DNA of 64,000 nucleotides from Camelus dromedarius (taxonomy: Eukaryota), in NCBI RefSeq assembly GCF_036321535.1, contig NC_087436.1:55182001-55246000 (forward strand), read 5' to 3'. The position numbers were made by a program, and so were the translations under genes. Below, in pieces: positions 40,366 through 53,425 of this stretch. The first letter of the stretch is position 1, and every line of letters begins with the position of its first letter. The notes beneath the pieces were generated by a model. That model ran no database searches. It saw only the letters and a program-made list of their open reading frames with translations, and was not told the origin of the DNA.

Positions 40366-40394
40366 TTTAGTGATCATAAAAACAATGAAATTCA

Positions 40395-40920
40395 CAGAAT
40401 GGAATATGGAAAGGGGGAAAAAGCAACTTTATTTTGAAGATCCTGGCAAACACTACCCTAACCAAGATATCTAGGTTAACTTACCAGAAATAAAATTTTA
40501 ACTTGATAACATGTACACCTGATATCATCCAATGAGAAGGACAATCACCCCTGTGGTATTCTTCCCTCAATCCTTATTCCAAGTGTAACCATCAGAAAAA
40601 ACATTAAAAAAGTCAGAGGACATTCTATGAAACTGTCAGAGACATGAAAAATACTGAAGTATTAAGAAACTGTCCCAGACCAGGGGAGACAAAGAAAATA
40701 TGATGATTAAGGTGATTTTCTGGATAGGACCTTGGAACAGTAAATTACACTAATAGAACATTGATGGTGTTTTCTTAGATTTTACACATAAACCACGGTA
40801 ATGAATGATGTTAACAACAGGAGAAACATAGTGAGGTGTATACTACCGCTCTCTTTACTATCTTTGCAACTTTTCTGTAAATATGAAGTAATTTTAAAAT
40901 AAAAACGTTATTTAAAAAAA
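40395..40920 (+). mobile_element. L1MC-like 3' end
   Basis: 'cctggcaaacactaccctaaccaag', 'ctatctttgcaacttttctgtaaat...aaaataaaaa'. Confidence 0.8.
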
Positions 40921-40934
40921 GCTAACATGTAATA

Positions 40935-41085
40935 CCTAACTCTCAGTGATTGCTTTCCACCTGCCAGGCACTGTTCTAAGCTTCAAATGTACCCACTTCA
41001 TTTATACTGAGGCCTAGGGAAGATACATAAGTTGCCTGACGTTACATAGCTAATAAATATGCCACCAGATCCAACGTTCTTTATT
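40935..41085 (-). mobile_element. MIR
   Basis: 'tgccaggcactgttctaagc...actgaggcctag...agttgcctgacgttacatagcta'. Confidence 0.75.
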
Positions 41086-41329
41086 TCTAATAACAGTAAA
41101 ATATTAACTAGGATTTTAATTAAGCTAAAGAGAAATTGATTCCTTAAAGTCCATTTCTATTTTTATCCTCAGACTCTAGTATGTTGTCTGATATACAACA
41201 AGAGTAACAGGAAGTCTAAATGGGCTGTTTCTGTGTCAGAATGTTCACAAAGCCTCAAAGGCCAAGAAGTATACAGTTGTTTGTATGTCTCCCATATGCT
41301 ATGGTTCTAGACACTTTTGTAAGACACTG

Positions 41330-42570
41330 TAATAAGATTTTACCAACAGGAAACCATCTCTCCCTTTGTTGTTGTTGTAGAGAGGGTGGGGCTGTTGTAC
41401 AGCAGAGGGAGTGACACTTTGTGGGGAACGGATCCTTGTTGGAATGCTGTGGCATTTGCTGTCCCTGCCTTTGGGAAGAGGAAAATAAAGTGCTTCTTTG
41501 TCACCTCAAGTCAGGTGAGTGGGGCTTTGAGGAACTAGTTTGGAGAGCCTGATGTGCATCTTCTGAAGTTTGAGGGATATTGGAGTCTAGAATCTGACTT
41601 CTCCATGATTAGTTAAAAGGTGAAAAGCACTTTGCTTACTCATGTCTGAAACATCAAAGCATGCGAGGACTGTGCTGGAGGAAGCTGCATTTCTCCTGGA
41701 GGCAGAACAAAGGTACCAGTGTTTAGGACCTGATGAGAATTCTGCAGGTGGTTAGCCTAGGGCCATTTTAAAAGCAACAGTACTAAAATGGATAAAGTGT
41801 TTCTATCAGAACGTGAGTACCTGCAGACCAAGGCCTGAGGGGAGTGATAAAAAAAAAGGTAGTAGATGCACGTCAAGGGAGTTACAGGTACAAACAAGTG
41901 CCATTGGGAAGACCTCTGAGGAACTCACAGAAACCGCTTCAGAGAAAGCAAAAATAATTCCTCTGTCACCCTGAGGGCATTGAAACCAAATTACAAGTTC
42001 TTCAGTCTAGTGAGGTCTTTGCTATCTCTTCTCTCTTGTATCCATAGTAGCACAATCAAAGCCAGCTAGGGGGGGAGGAGCAGAGAAGTGGTTTTCTAAG
42101 TATGGTCCCAACTAGCAGCAGCAAAAGTGCCATCAGAGAACTCATTAGAAAATCAAATTCTCAGACCCCACTAGATTGACTGAATGAGAAGCTCTCGGGA
42201 TGGGGCAGAGCAATCTGTTGAAGGAATCCTACAGTTGATTCACGCTGATTCATGTGGAAGTCTGACAGCCACGAAGTCAGAGAAATGAAGAGGGGAGTGT
42301 CACACGGCGCCACTTTTGTCCATGGCATCCCTGAGCTGTAGAAGGAAAGGCGCTCCCCTGGAGATCAGTTGAACTTTTGGTTAGGAGGTGATTTTGAAAT
42401 AACCGAAACTGAGGCTTACTTGCATTAAAAAGAAAGCAGAGAATTGATGGACGATGTTTGAAAGAATAAGAAAGAGTGAGATTAGAGAGTGTGTTTGATA
42501 AGGAAAAGGGAAAATAGAGTTGCTTTCTGATTTTTCCCTTCAGAGCTCAGTTCGTTCAATAAACTTGTCA
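41330..42570 (+). mobile_element. Ancient Gypsy-like/ERV LTR (family uncertain)
   Basis: G-rich ~1.2 kb block ending 'aatagagttgctttctgatt...gttcaataaacttgtca', resembling recalled mammalian Gypsy-type LTR ends. Confidence 0.4.
42086..42273. mobile_element. MER5A-like hAT MITE nested in the LTR-like block
   Basis: 'agtggttttctaagtatggtccc...agcagca...gaactcattagaaaatcaaattctcagacccca...actgaatgagaa...gcaatctg'. Confidence 0.8.
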
Positions 42571-42619
42571 GGAATGTATCAAATAAATGTGTCCATAAAT
42601 TTGAGTAAATGTACAAGTC

Positions 42620-43190
42620 TGAAGCGCAAATGAAAAGGCAGACGAAGAGATAACGATTTTGCTGTCTACTGCATATGGATGCTAGTTAAAGCCATGAGAA
42701 ATGTAGAGAATTGTAGAAAGGTCAGGCAACCAAAGACAGGAGTCTGGAAACGCCAGTATTTAAATAAGACCTAGAGAAAGAAGTTCTCATGAGGCAGGTG
42801 GAAAAAAGAACTGTGAGAGATGTTAAAGAAAAGCTAAGAGAAAGTGGTCAAATACATAGCAAAGCAGAGTCAAGTAAAAAGAAAAGAACAAGAAGGAAAA
42901 TAGAGGGGTTTTAATTTTCCGTAGAGACTCAATAGTACTAGATATTAAAATGTAGAGTAATTTTTTTCCCAAGAAGCTTAGCAAGCAACAGAGGTGAGAC
43001 AGGCCAGTAGCTGGGGTTTGGAAGTGAAAAATGTGAAGGGAAGCTTTTAATTTACATGAGACAGAATATGTGGATATTTATGTTTTAGGTTAAGAGAAAT
43101 TAGACATGGAGATGCTCAGAATTTAGAAACAAGTTATAGTGACAGAATGTGATCCAGAAGGAGTAGAGGAAGGAAGGGATAATGGGCATT
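42620..43190 (-). mobile_element. L2 segment
   Basis: 'tactgcatatggatgctagttaaagccatgaga', 'gcagagtcaagtaa', 'ccaagaagcttagc'. Confidence 0.55.
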
Positions 43191-43279
43191 GGTTAAACAG
43201 CTGCTTATTTAAACAAAATTTCACAATGGTTCATTCACAACAGCAACTGAATTGCTATTAATTATTGAAGTCTAAATAC

Positions 43280-43280
<1 letters not shown>

Positions 43281-43347
<67 letters not shown>

Positions 43348-43348
43348 T
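43281..43348. repeat. (CTTT)17 microsatellite flanked by direct repeat TCTAAATACT
   Basis: Seen directly; flanks at 43271-43280 and 43350-43359. Confidence 0.97.
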
Positions 43349-43764
43349 ATCTAAATACTTTTAGACAGTAAAATGGTTCTTGAAATCCTTTTGCTGATCC
43401 CCTAAAATAACAAGATTTAAATAATAATTTATTTGTTCTGAAGTCTAATGCTATAAAACATTAGTTTATATGTTTTTTTTATGCCCATGCATAGTGAATT
43501 TCAAGGAATATTTACATTTCCTGGTAACAGAATGAATTGCCTCCATTGGCCTTTTGCTTGGTATTTTCATTATGGCACTCGGTGCAATAGAAGAATCATA
43601 CCATCTTCCAATTTAGATCCACGTGGCTCCACTTTTTATGTGTATTTTGGAATCTGTACATTTTAGTTATGATTGGAATAAGAGCTATGGCTGCTTATAA
43701 GACAACTGAAAACTGTAAGAAAATTATGTGGAAATTTCCAATCTTATGGCTCAAAGCTTTTTCT

Positions 43765-45060
43765 TTTATTCAATCATTTACTTAATTCTTTAAACAAACA
43801 TTTATGATGCCAGATACTGTTATGTATGGTAACACAACAAGGAACAGGACATATATGCCCCTGCCTTCATGGAAATTCAAGGGTCATGAGGAGGATACAG
43901 ACAATCAAAGAAGCAGTCATCAGATAATTAGATACTTGCTGGGATGAGGTAACTGCCCACTATGCAGGTGTGCAGACAAGAGGTTGGTTGAGGTAATGTG
44001 AGGGAAGTTAGACAGGGGAGGTGAGAGAAGGCATGACTCCGTCGTCATAATCAATTTTACTGGCTGCGTAGTGCAAATACAGAGGAAATATTAGGAGATC
44101 ATCTGGAAGATAGAAATGATTCCAGATTATAACTGTCTTCCTTTGAGATTAGAAAGTAAAATAGATGATCTGATAGGGTGACATTAGGAGACGTTGTCCC
44201 CTATTCACACAATGAGTCTGCCTGCACAGATCATTGACTATTCATTGTGGAAGCTGTGTCACAAATTGCAGGCACTGATGGGAGAGCTCTGTTCATAACA
44301 CAGGATTCCCTTCCGTGTTCAGATGATTCAATGCTGGACTGGCCTACATTAAGTAGGAGAAAGTCAGAAGAGTAACAGTTTTTTTTTTTTAAATCAAACA
44401 CATTTATATGTATTTTTATTACTTAAGAGTCGAAGTAGCTAGAGTAGTGACCAAGTTCAGAGCATGGCTAGGGGCTTGGGTGTTTTGGGGGAACAAATGT
44501 GACAGTCATTAGGAATGTTGGGTCAAGGAACTGAAAATGCAGTGTGTTGTGTGGGGTTTTTCATATGGACACAATCACCCAAGATGATAGTAAGGATTTG
44601 AATGATGGAAGAAGGGAAAAGCTACTAACAAAGTTGTCAGTGGAAGAGAAGAAAATGACAAGAATGATTAATGAATGCATGAGGAATGGTTACTGGTTGC
44701 ACAGCCCACTGGCATAGGCCTCCAAGAGCGCTGGACTGGATTTTATATGAGGAATCATCAGTAGCACCTTGGAAAAGGCACCGAGGAACCGAGAAATCTC
44801 AGTTAATACCCACACAGTGGTGTAAGAGAATGATAGCTTCCTCTTGAATGTTCTGCAGGAATATCTATTTCCACAAGGCCGCAAGTTTAATGGGAGAGGC
44901 TGTGACTGCAGTGGAGTTTAACCATGGGGTAGAAGTTACTGAACTCACGGTGGAAATATTTGGGAGCAAGAATAGGAGGAAAGAAAGCATTGCAAGGGAA
45001 TATTGATAGAATACTACAGAATAACTTATGGAAAAAGCTTACATTTTGGGCATTGCTCAG
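43765..45060 (-). mobile_element. L2 3' end and internal fragments
   Basis: 'attcaatcattt...caaacatttat..tgccagatactgt...ccctgccttcatggaa'. Confidence 0.6.
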
Positions 45061-45787
45061 GGGTTTCAAGGATACTGAAGAATGGTAGACAGTAAACTTT
45101 GTATAATAGGCTGCATTTATTAAGACGTGTGTGCAAAGAGAATACTATACAGAGTTGGCCATAAAGAAAACCATAAATGTTGTTATATTGAAGTTGTGAA
45201 ACCCTCTCTGCCATGTCATCAGTTAAAGAATAGATTCTAAGTGTTTGAAGTTTTATATGCCTTTAATAAGTTTATGAAGCCACTAAACTTATCTAGAGAC
45301 ATGATTATAATACTGTGAGACAGATTTTCTTATGTGGAAACCTTTCTAATATTTTACAGTCATTAATCACTACTGTCCCTACACATGAAGCATTTTTTTC
45401 ATTATTTCAGAGGTCATACTTTTGACTAAGAGAACAGACACTCTAATTCTATTACCATTAAAATTTTACCTATGTAATGCTTTTTCTCTAGGGCAACAGT
45501 AAAAATGTGAGTATTTAATTAATGTTAGGATTTTGCCATATAATTACCAATTTTGTACTCCTATAAAAATCATTTTATATATTACAACATACTCAATTCC
45601 TGACTTCCCAGAAATAATTTCAATAAAGACTATTTTAAAATGGGGCAGTTCAAGCATATTTGTTTTTTTTTAACTGTGGATTAAAAACTATTTTAATGCA
45701 ATTCCTAATATAGTTGGCTTTATTCTATTTTAATTTTTCTATTTAAAATAAGGAATTTGCAAGATAAGAAAAGGAAGGAAATTCTGA

Positions 45788-46068
45788 CATTATGCTAAGT
45801 GAAATAAGCCAGTCACAAACGGACAAATACTACATGATTCCTCTTTTATTAGGAACCCAGCAAATTCACAGAGACAGAAAGTAGAATAGAGGTACTGAGG
45901 ATAGGAGGGAACAAGTAGTCATTGTTTCCAAACTCCATTGGGCGTGGAGTTTCAATTTGGGATGATGGAAACATTCTGGAGATGATAGAGGTGTTGGTTT
46001 ATAGCAATGTGAATGTACTTAATGCCACTGTACTGTACACTTAAAAATGGTTAAAATGGAAAAAAAAG
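45788..46068 (+). mobile_element. L1MB-like 3' end
   Basis: 'gacattatgctaagtgaaataagccagtcacaaa', 'tgtgaatgtacttaatgccactg..ctgtacacttaaaaatggttaaaatgg' plus A tail. Confidence 0.9.
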
Positions 46069-46156
46069 AAAAAGGAATTTTCCAGGGTAGATAGGAAGGG
46101 CTGAATGCTCACCACATGTGAACAGTTCACAGTTATTCCCAATACATTGTTATCCT

Positions 46157-46170
46157 GTCACCGTGGTAAC
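46157..46170. promoter_or_regulatory. RFX X-box GTCACCGTGGTAAC
   Basis: Fits GTNRCC-N2-RGYAAC; function not shown. Confidence 0.45.
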
Positions 46171-48579
46171 AGCCAAATAGGCTGGCTGTTCCGGGTAACA
46201 TCATTGATGGCAGGTCCTTTTCTATACAGCCCAGCAAATGATTGCTAGGAACTTGTTTTATCCATTGACTTCTATGCAAGGTAAAGCCAGGGGCTATGAT
46301 TTTTGCTGAACTAGGGTCCATTTATAGATACGTATTTTGGGGATGAGATGATTCACTCTGTCACCTCAGCTCATCCTAAACCTCAGAACTTCAGACTTCT
46401 AGGTAAATTAGTTTTGTGTATCCAGGGACAGATGGGAAAGTTGGACTGTACTGTGATAGAACTGATCATGGAGATTTTGAGTAAATTTCTTCAAATTTCA
46501 TGCCAAACAACTGCCTACCATCATCCCTCTTGAATTGTATTGAGTGGAGGTAGATGTTTTAACTGGTTTTTAGGCAAACAAAGGGGATTCAGTTAATTAT
46601 TAACATGAATTTCTTCCATAGTAGACATTAGATACAGAATACATGGCTATCCTTTGAGTGCTCTTAATGCCTTGTCATTATGAACAGACAATTGAAGCTG
46701 GATAGATGTCCTTCTCTGACACACATTATTAAGTTTTGTACTTGTTCAGTATTGAAGTAGAGTTGAATATTCTATTATTTATAACTCAGTTAAATTAATT
46801 AACATTTTCCTTACTCTTAGCCATATTGTAATAAAATATTTACTTTATATGCTTAGGAATATACATAGTTTTATTTCTATTTATGACAAAATATCCAAGC
46901 TGCTTTTAGAAGAATCCTGATACATTCGGTTTAAACTTCAGCTAGAGCAAGAAAAAAGTAATCATTGCAACTGATAGGAGAGTTAAAAAACATAAAAACA
47001 GGCCTTAAAAAGGCAGGAACCATACAACTCAAGAAATTACAGTAATTATAAAAAATCATTCACATTCTCTTTAGAGGAATACATTGTTTTAATCATGACT
47101 AAAGATCTTTCATTCCTGAACATCTCTGCTCTAGTTAAAGTCCTGAGAAAGGAATTAGCCCACCCTGAGTCACATGTGCAGTCTCCATACAGGAGCCCAA
47201 ATTCCCCTGTGGTTAGTAGCTTTACCAGAATCACACTGAGCAGGAGAAGGTATCTCAAGAAAATGAGCTTAGACTAATATAATCAACACACACAATTTAT
47301 TTTTATTATTTGTCTTATTTTCATGATATACCACTCTCTACCTACCCCCCTCCTCTCCCCACACACGCACACAAGTTTTTCCCTATATGTATTCAATTCC
47401 AAAATTGTCCCTGTCTACAAAACTGACCCACTTATAATTGCAAACCAATTCACCAGTTTGTAAGAGAGATAATCTTGGGGGAAAAAAAGCCTACAAGGCA
47501 AGTGTCGCAAGGCTTCTTTTCTCCAAATGAGTACTTTAAGGAATGTTATGGACTTGTGGAGGACTCAATGTTAAAAACAGAAACATTTCCCAAAATTATG
47601 AGTAGTGGAAATGAAGAGGAAAGACTAAACTTCCTCTCAAGTCCTCCAGTCTGAAGCCTTCTAAGAACATAATTTTCTAGTATATTAGTCACAGCTCATG
47701 AGTTAGTGTAGACCCTGACCTCAAGCCATTGCTCTTTTTAAGCAAAGTAGAAAAGAAAATGCAATGATTGAAGTTTTTGCCTAATCAGAGAATTTTCCTT
47801 TTGTCCTTAGGGACTTCCTGTTAATGAGGCTGTCATATTCCAGTTGCCCTCTCATTGCTGTTGTCTGCATATTTTCAGGGCCATCTGTAGTTTGGGCAAG
47901 AGATGTTTCATTTTGTAGTTAATTGATCTGAGGCACTCCTCTGATTTCAGTGATTGGTGGTGAGGAAGTGGTTTGTATGCAGAGCACTTAAGAAATAGTA
48001 ACCTGCTAACACAGTGTTCCTTCTGAGGCTGCCCAGGCCTCCCTTAGTTGTGCCAAGTTTCTTTGATGCCACAGAGTGGCTACAAATTCCCAACTTTACA
48101 GCCAGAAGAGTAAGAAAAGGCTGGGTCCATGTCACTATCTTAGATTGCGTGTTCGTGTGTTCTCACCCTCAAAGCTCAATGATAAATCAGAATCTGTTCC
48201 TCAAACCAAATCCTTCTGGATGAAACTAATTTTTATCATTTCACTTTACTGATTCCAGTTTTACTTAATTTGAATTTGTGTTATCTTTGAATTTATATTG
48301 CCAGTGTAAATAAAATGAGGAGTATGGTATGAAAAGAAGGGTTAACTTTTTTTTTTTTCTATAGGGGAAGCACATTTTCTTCAGTTTCATAAGGCACAAT
48401 AATAAAGGATAATTCTCAAGGGATTTGGGTATGCTCTTAGTCCTCCTAAACAGTATGATCAACCTTAAAGTTTTCACCTAGTGGCCAAAGGCCAGTAAAA
48501 TCCAGCAACTTCCATGATCAATGTTTTTACATTTTTTTCAACAACAGATACAAATAGCAAGATGTTTTCTCATTGTTGT

Positions 48580-49421
48580 CTCTTCCACTTAGACACTGAA
48601 TTCATTTGAATATATCAGGTATGTCTCTGAAATTCGGCCATTTCTTTTGATCTATGCTTATTATCCTTTTCAGTCTAGGTCCTTAATGTCTTTCAAGTGC
48701 AACAGCCTGGTAAATGCTCTTGTCAACACCATTTTTATCCACTTTTATATATATTCTCAGTGTCACCAGATTTATCTTCATAAAATATCTAATCACATTT
48801 TCCTAACTAAAAGATTTCTGTTGGTTCACCTTTGCCGTCATTATGAAATTGCATACTGCCGTATGGTATAGAAGGCATCCAAACTGGCACACAATTTGGA
48901 CTCAGTTTACCTCTTTCATTTCATACCAGATATAATCATCCCTATCTTCTTCAAAAGCTTTTGCTTCAGCGACACTGAAGTTCTCACTTTTTCCAAGAAA
49001 GCCACTAAAATTCATATTTTGGTTCCATGACCTTACACAGAGGCATTTCTTCTGCTAGTGATTCTTTCCCTCCATGTTCACTCTTTCCCTGCATGCCCTT
49101 GTTCATTATCCAAAACACAAGTATCACTTCCTGACCGTCTTGAAGCGCTTACTCTGAGAATCTACAAGCACCCTAAGAACACTGCAATCTGTGGAATAAA
49201 TAATCTACAAAAATTAATAAGAATTTATTACTATTATCATTATAGTTATTGTCATGTTACATTGTATTTATTTGTTACATGGCTGTCTTCCTGAGCTTCT
49301 GAGTTTTTCAAAAGCAAGAACATACCTAATTCACCTTGGGTGTGCTCAGTGCCTAACATTGAACATAGCTTTTATCTGGTGTTCAGTAAGTTTTATTGAA
49401 CTAGTAAATCAGTGATTGAAT
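48580..49421 (+). mobile_element. L2 3' portion
   Basis: Ends 'ttatttgttacatggctgtcttcc...cagtgcctaaca...ttcagtaag..ttattgaa..gattgaat'. Confidence 0.75.
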
Positions 49422-49741
49422 CTTCTGAAACCAAAACATGACACCTATCAACCACAAAAAAATTCTGAGTTGTGATGATTCTATGTTATTTACACCCCCT
49501 TAAAATGTATAACAAAATATTTTTCCATCAGAAGACCTTAGGAGTTACTTAATCAGTGTCGAGATTTATTTTACAAGTTTTAAGAAAATCTAAACCTTTT
49601 ACTCCCAATATAAAGATGACCTTGGTTCGCTCTTAGAAAATTAACAGTGAAGAGATCTATTTTAAAACAGCATGCTTGTTTTGAAATCTTGTCTTACTCG
49701 TTAAGATAAAGGCATGCATTAACGATTTTTGTAAAGAATAT

Positions 49742-49769
49742 CTTCAGCTGATCAGCTTCAGCTGATCAA
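49742..49769. repeat. 14-bp tandem duplication (CTTCAGCTGATCAR)x2
   Basis: Seen directly. Confidence 0.9.
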
Positions 49770-50279
49770 GTATACTTTGATGTATCCTTAAACATTTCAT
49801 CTTACCAGAATGAAAAGAAACTTCTAATCAAAAAGGGTCTCACTAAGGCTTGGCCTAGTGGGAGGTAGAATGTGTACCGAGTAAAGAAGTAGATTTCTCA
49901 GGCAACTTGCACTCTGAGACCTAACCAGATATGTCAGAAATGAAAACCTTCAAATATGATTTCAGATTTTTCTATTTCTTTGTCAAAAATGTTTTTCACA
50001 TAGCAAGTTTAAGAAATACTGACTTGATAACTGAGAAATCTAATGGAGACAAATGGGTAATACGTACTTGATCTTTTTCTTGAATATAAAAATCATAGGA
50101 TCCAAAGAAAATGAAGCAAAATACATGGTTGAGAAGGATATGTTTCTGTTCTTTCTGTTAATGCAGTATTGTAAATGTTCAGGGTGAGATGTATTTTGGT
50201 ATTAAATATTAGTGGTTGTTTCAGGGACCCTGGTATTATGTGAGGCATTTTGTGGTACAGGGCAGTGACTTCATACATC

Positions 50280-52130
50280 AACTCATCAGCAGATATCACC
50301 AGACGTTATTCTAGATTCTGGTGGTACTATGATACAAACAAAGCCTTTGCCCTCAAAGAGCTTACCTTCTAATGGGTGAGAAATACAGGAAAATGCAAAC
50401 AAGTGGATTATAATATAATAACAGGTAAATAGCTGGAGAGTACATATTGTAGGTGGTCAGGGAAAGACTCTCTGAGCAGGTGTCACTTCATCTAGACAGG
50501 AATGGAGTAAGAGAGAACATATGTGAAAATCATGGGAAAAGGAGAGGGAAGAGCATTTGTCAATATCCTGGAGTGGGAAAAAGATGAATGTATTCATCAG
50601 CAAGAAGGCAAGTGAGAGCGAAGCCTGAGGTGGTAGGAGATGGGATCAAAAAGTTGAGCAGAAGCTAGATCCTTTAAGACTTTGTAGGCTGAGGAATTAC
50701 ATTTGAATTTATTGATAGGAAGCCAGTGGATGGTTTGAACAGCAAAGAATTACAAGATTTGTATTGTTAAAATATGATTCTATCCATTGATTTTGGGGTC
50801 AAGAGTGGAAATACATAGACTAGTCAGCAGGTTCTCATTGACCTCAAGAGGAGAGGTGGTGAGTCAGGGGATGAGCTAAGTGCTGAATATGGTCAGAGTT
50901 GTGATAGACGTTGAAGGTAGAGCTGATAAAACAGGTTGGTGGGATGGATATTGTATTACTGCAACCGGGTTGTCCTAGCAACAGACTAGCTGGCTCAAAC
51001 AATAAAAGTTTATTTTCCTCAGATTTCTGGAGGCTAGAAATATGAGTCAAGGTAGGTTCCTTCTGAGGACTATGAGAAAAGGTTCAATCCAGGCTTCTTT
51101 CTTTAGCTTGTAGATACCAGTTTTCTTCCCATGCCTTCTCATCACCTTTTTTTCTGTATCTGTGTCCAAATTCCTTCTTTGTGTAAGGACATCAGCCGTA
51201 TTTGATTAAGACTCATTCTAATGATGTCATTTTACCTTAATTACCTCTGTACAGACCCTATCACCAAATATGGCCATATTCTGAGTTACTGGGGTTTAGG
51301 GCGTTAACATATGAATATTTTAGATAGGAGGGGGAGACACAGTTCAACCCATAACAGATAGTCATTTTGGAAGAGAGGGGTTTGGGATAATTTCTAAGCA
51401 TTGGCTGGAATAACTAGATGAATGAAATTTACATTACTGAAGAGTAAGAACATGACTGGTCAAAGGTGAGTGTGGCTATAGGAGGGAAAACAAGATTTCT
51501 GTTCTGTACAGCTATATGGGAAATGTCTACTAGATAGTTAGATATATGAGTCTGATACTCAGAAGAAAGCTTAGGGCTGGAGGCACACATTTGAAATGCA
51601 TCAGATAGACATTTAGAATGCTTCAGCACAGAGGTGGTATTTAAAGTTAAGGGATGAGGTAAGAACACCTAGCAAGCGAGTGTGGAGACTGAAGACTTCT
51701 GAGGACTCAATCAGGGAACACTCTAAAAATCTAAAGGCAGAAAAAAAAATGAGCAATCAGAAAAGGATATTTAAAAGGAACAGTCATTCATTCAGAAAGA
51801 AAACCTGTAGGATATGGTTTCCTAAGAGTCGAGGGAAGAGAGTGATTCAAGGGAGGGATGGTCAATGGTGTACAATTACCATTTGTTGCTTTGGTACCAT
51901 TTTAGTTTGAGAAATCTTGCAAGATGTGTCAGTTGACTAAAGGAAAATAGTTCAGTAGCATGGGAAAATTCAGTGATACAAATGAGAGAGAATAATTTCA
52001 ACAGCAAAATGGGACAGAATTTGTTGTACAATATATTGTGATGGGGGAAAGGCAGATTTTATGGAAACGTGTATGAGTAGGTTATTAGGTTTGTTGGTGG
52101 GAAGATGAGGTAATTCTAATCTGATGACTC
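50280..52130 (-). mobile_element. L2 split by an MLT1 LTR
   Basis: 'tgccctcaaagagcttaccttctaatggg', 'ggtggtcagggaaagactctctgagcaggtg', 'ttgaaggtagagctga', 'gggctggag'. Confidence 0.8.
50952..51356 (-). mobile_element. MLT1B-like MaLR solo LTR
   Basis: 'tgtatta...ttctggaggctagaa...agaccctatcaccaaat...gacacagttcaacccataaca'; TSD GATAT/GATAG (4/5). Confidence 0.88.
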
Positions 52131-52849
52131 CTGGCATTTTGGTTGTTCCTTTGTAATGAAACTGTAAAGTCTTTTCACAGTATACTTCTAAAATATTTTC
52201 TTTAAAGACTTATAATGTATGGAAAAGGTATTCCCCTTGTAGATTTTATATTGTGTTTATCTTGAAGCTAGTGGGTTTTATTCCTTGTTTTTAAAGTTAT
52301 GTGAAGTTTTCTTAGCCGGGTAATGTAAAGGCTGAAGATTCAACTAAGAAGTTGTAAAATAAAATTAGAAAAAAAATTTTAACAGAATGTGATGTTTTAA
52401 ATCCCAAATGAATGTTCAAATGTTTGGCTATTTAAAGTTATTTGATATTCATTAAATAAAAAAAGAAAAACTAATATATTAAACATATAAGACTAAAATC
52501 TTTTTCATTCTTCATATATCCATTTCTCTCCTTTTTCCCTACATTTATCCATTGTTCTATTTACATGTCTTTTTTTGTTCAATCAGTCTCCCTTGAACCT
52601 ACAGATTACTCATGCAGAGGTAATTCTAAACATAAATTACTAAGGATTTCTCATAATTGCTTAGTCTGATTTGCTGTCAGATGTCCAGATTTTTTTTTTT
52701 TCAGACTTTAAATCAGTCTTGAAAGGTGAAAATTCAGTTATCTATTCTGAAATGGGAAATAGAAAGGCAAGACAAGAGACAGTTCTTAGCTTCTCCTTTA
52801 AGAGATGGCTTGTCTCTCTTAAATGGTCTGGATATGGCATTATTAACGT

Positions 52850-52985
52850 AAAACTAAAGGTGGGTCATATAGATCCATATGCAAGAAGTCAGAATAATGG
52901 TTACCACTGAGGGTTAGAGGTGAATTGTGACTGGAGGGGGCTTGAGGAGATTCTGGGGTGCTGGTAATGGTCTATTTCTTGTGAA
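52850..52985 (+). mobile_element. L1ME-like 3' fragment
   Basis: 'agaagtcagaataatggttacc...gtgactggagggg...ttctggggtgctggtaatg.tctatttctt'. Confidence 0.75.
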
Positions 52986-53368
52986 GGCCACTGGGTCTGG
53001 TTCTTGCTCCACTGTGGTCCGATAGACTCCCCAAGGACAAACCAGGCTGCGCCCTTCCTCCTCCTCTTTGTGCTACTCTCCTTATATATACTCAAGGCAG
53101 TTCTGTGCTCACTGTGTCTCATGTTTGACTTAGTATTTATTGTAGGCCTTCTCTAAATTTAGAGATGATCTTAAAAGGAAGAGCAGAAGGGTTAAGACAA
53201 TTTAAAGATAGAGGCATTGATCGCTCAAATACTCCTCTCTGATGCTGACACAATACCTGTGAAACAAACACATCATGAAGATGTCTTCCCTTAGAGTGAG
53301 ATTTTTCCCAGATTTTCATCAGTCCTTCAGACAAACAGCTCCATGACGGGCACCTAGGTTGGAGAGAG

Positions 53369-53425
53369 TTCAACCTCTATAGCATTTTTTCAACCCTATA
53401 GCATTTTCAACCCTATAGCATTTTT
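53369..53425. repeat. Three-copy ~17-20 bp minisatellite (TTCAACCCTATAGCATT)
   Basis: Seen directly. Confidence 0.9.
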
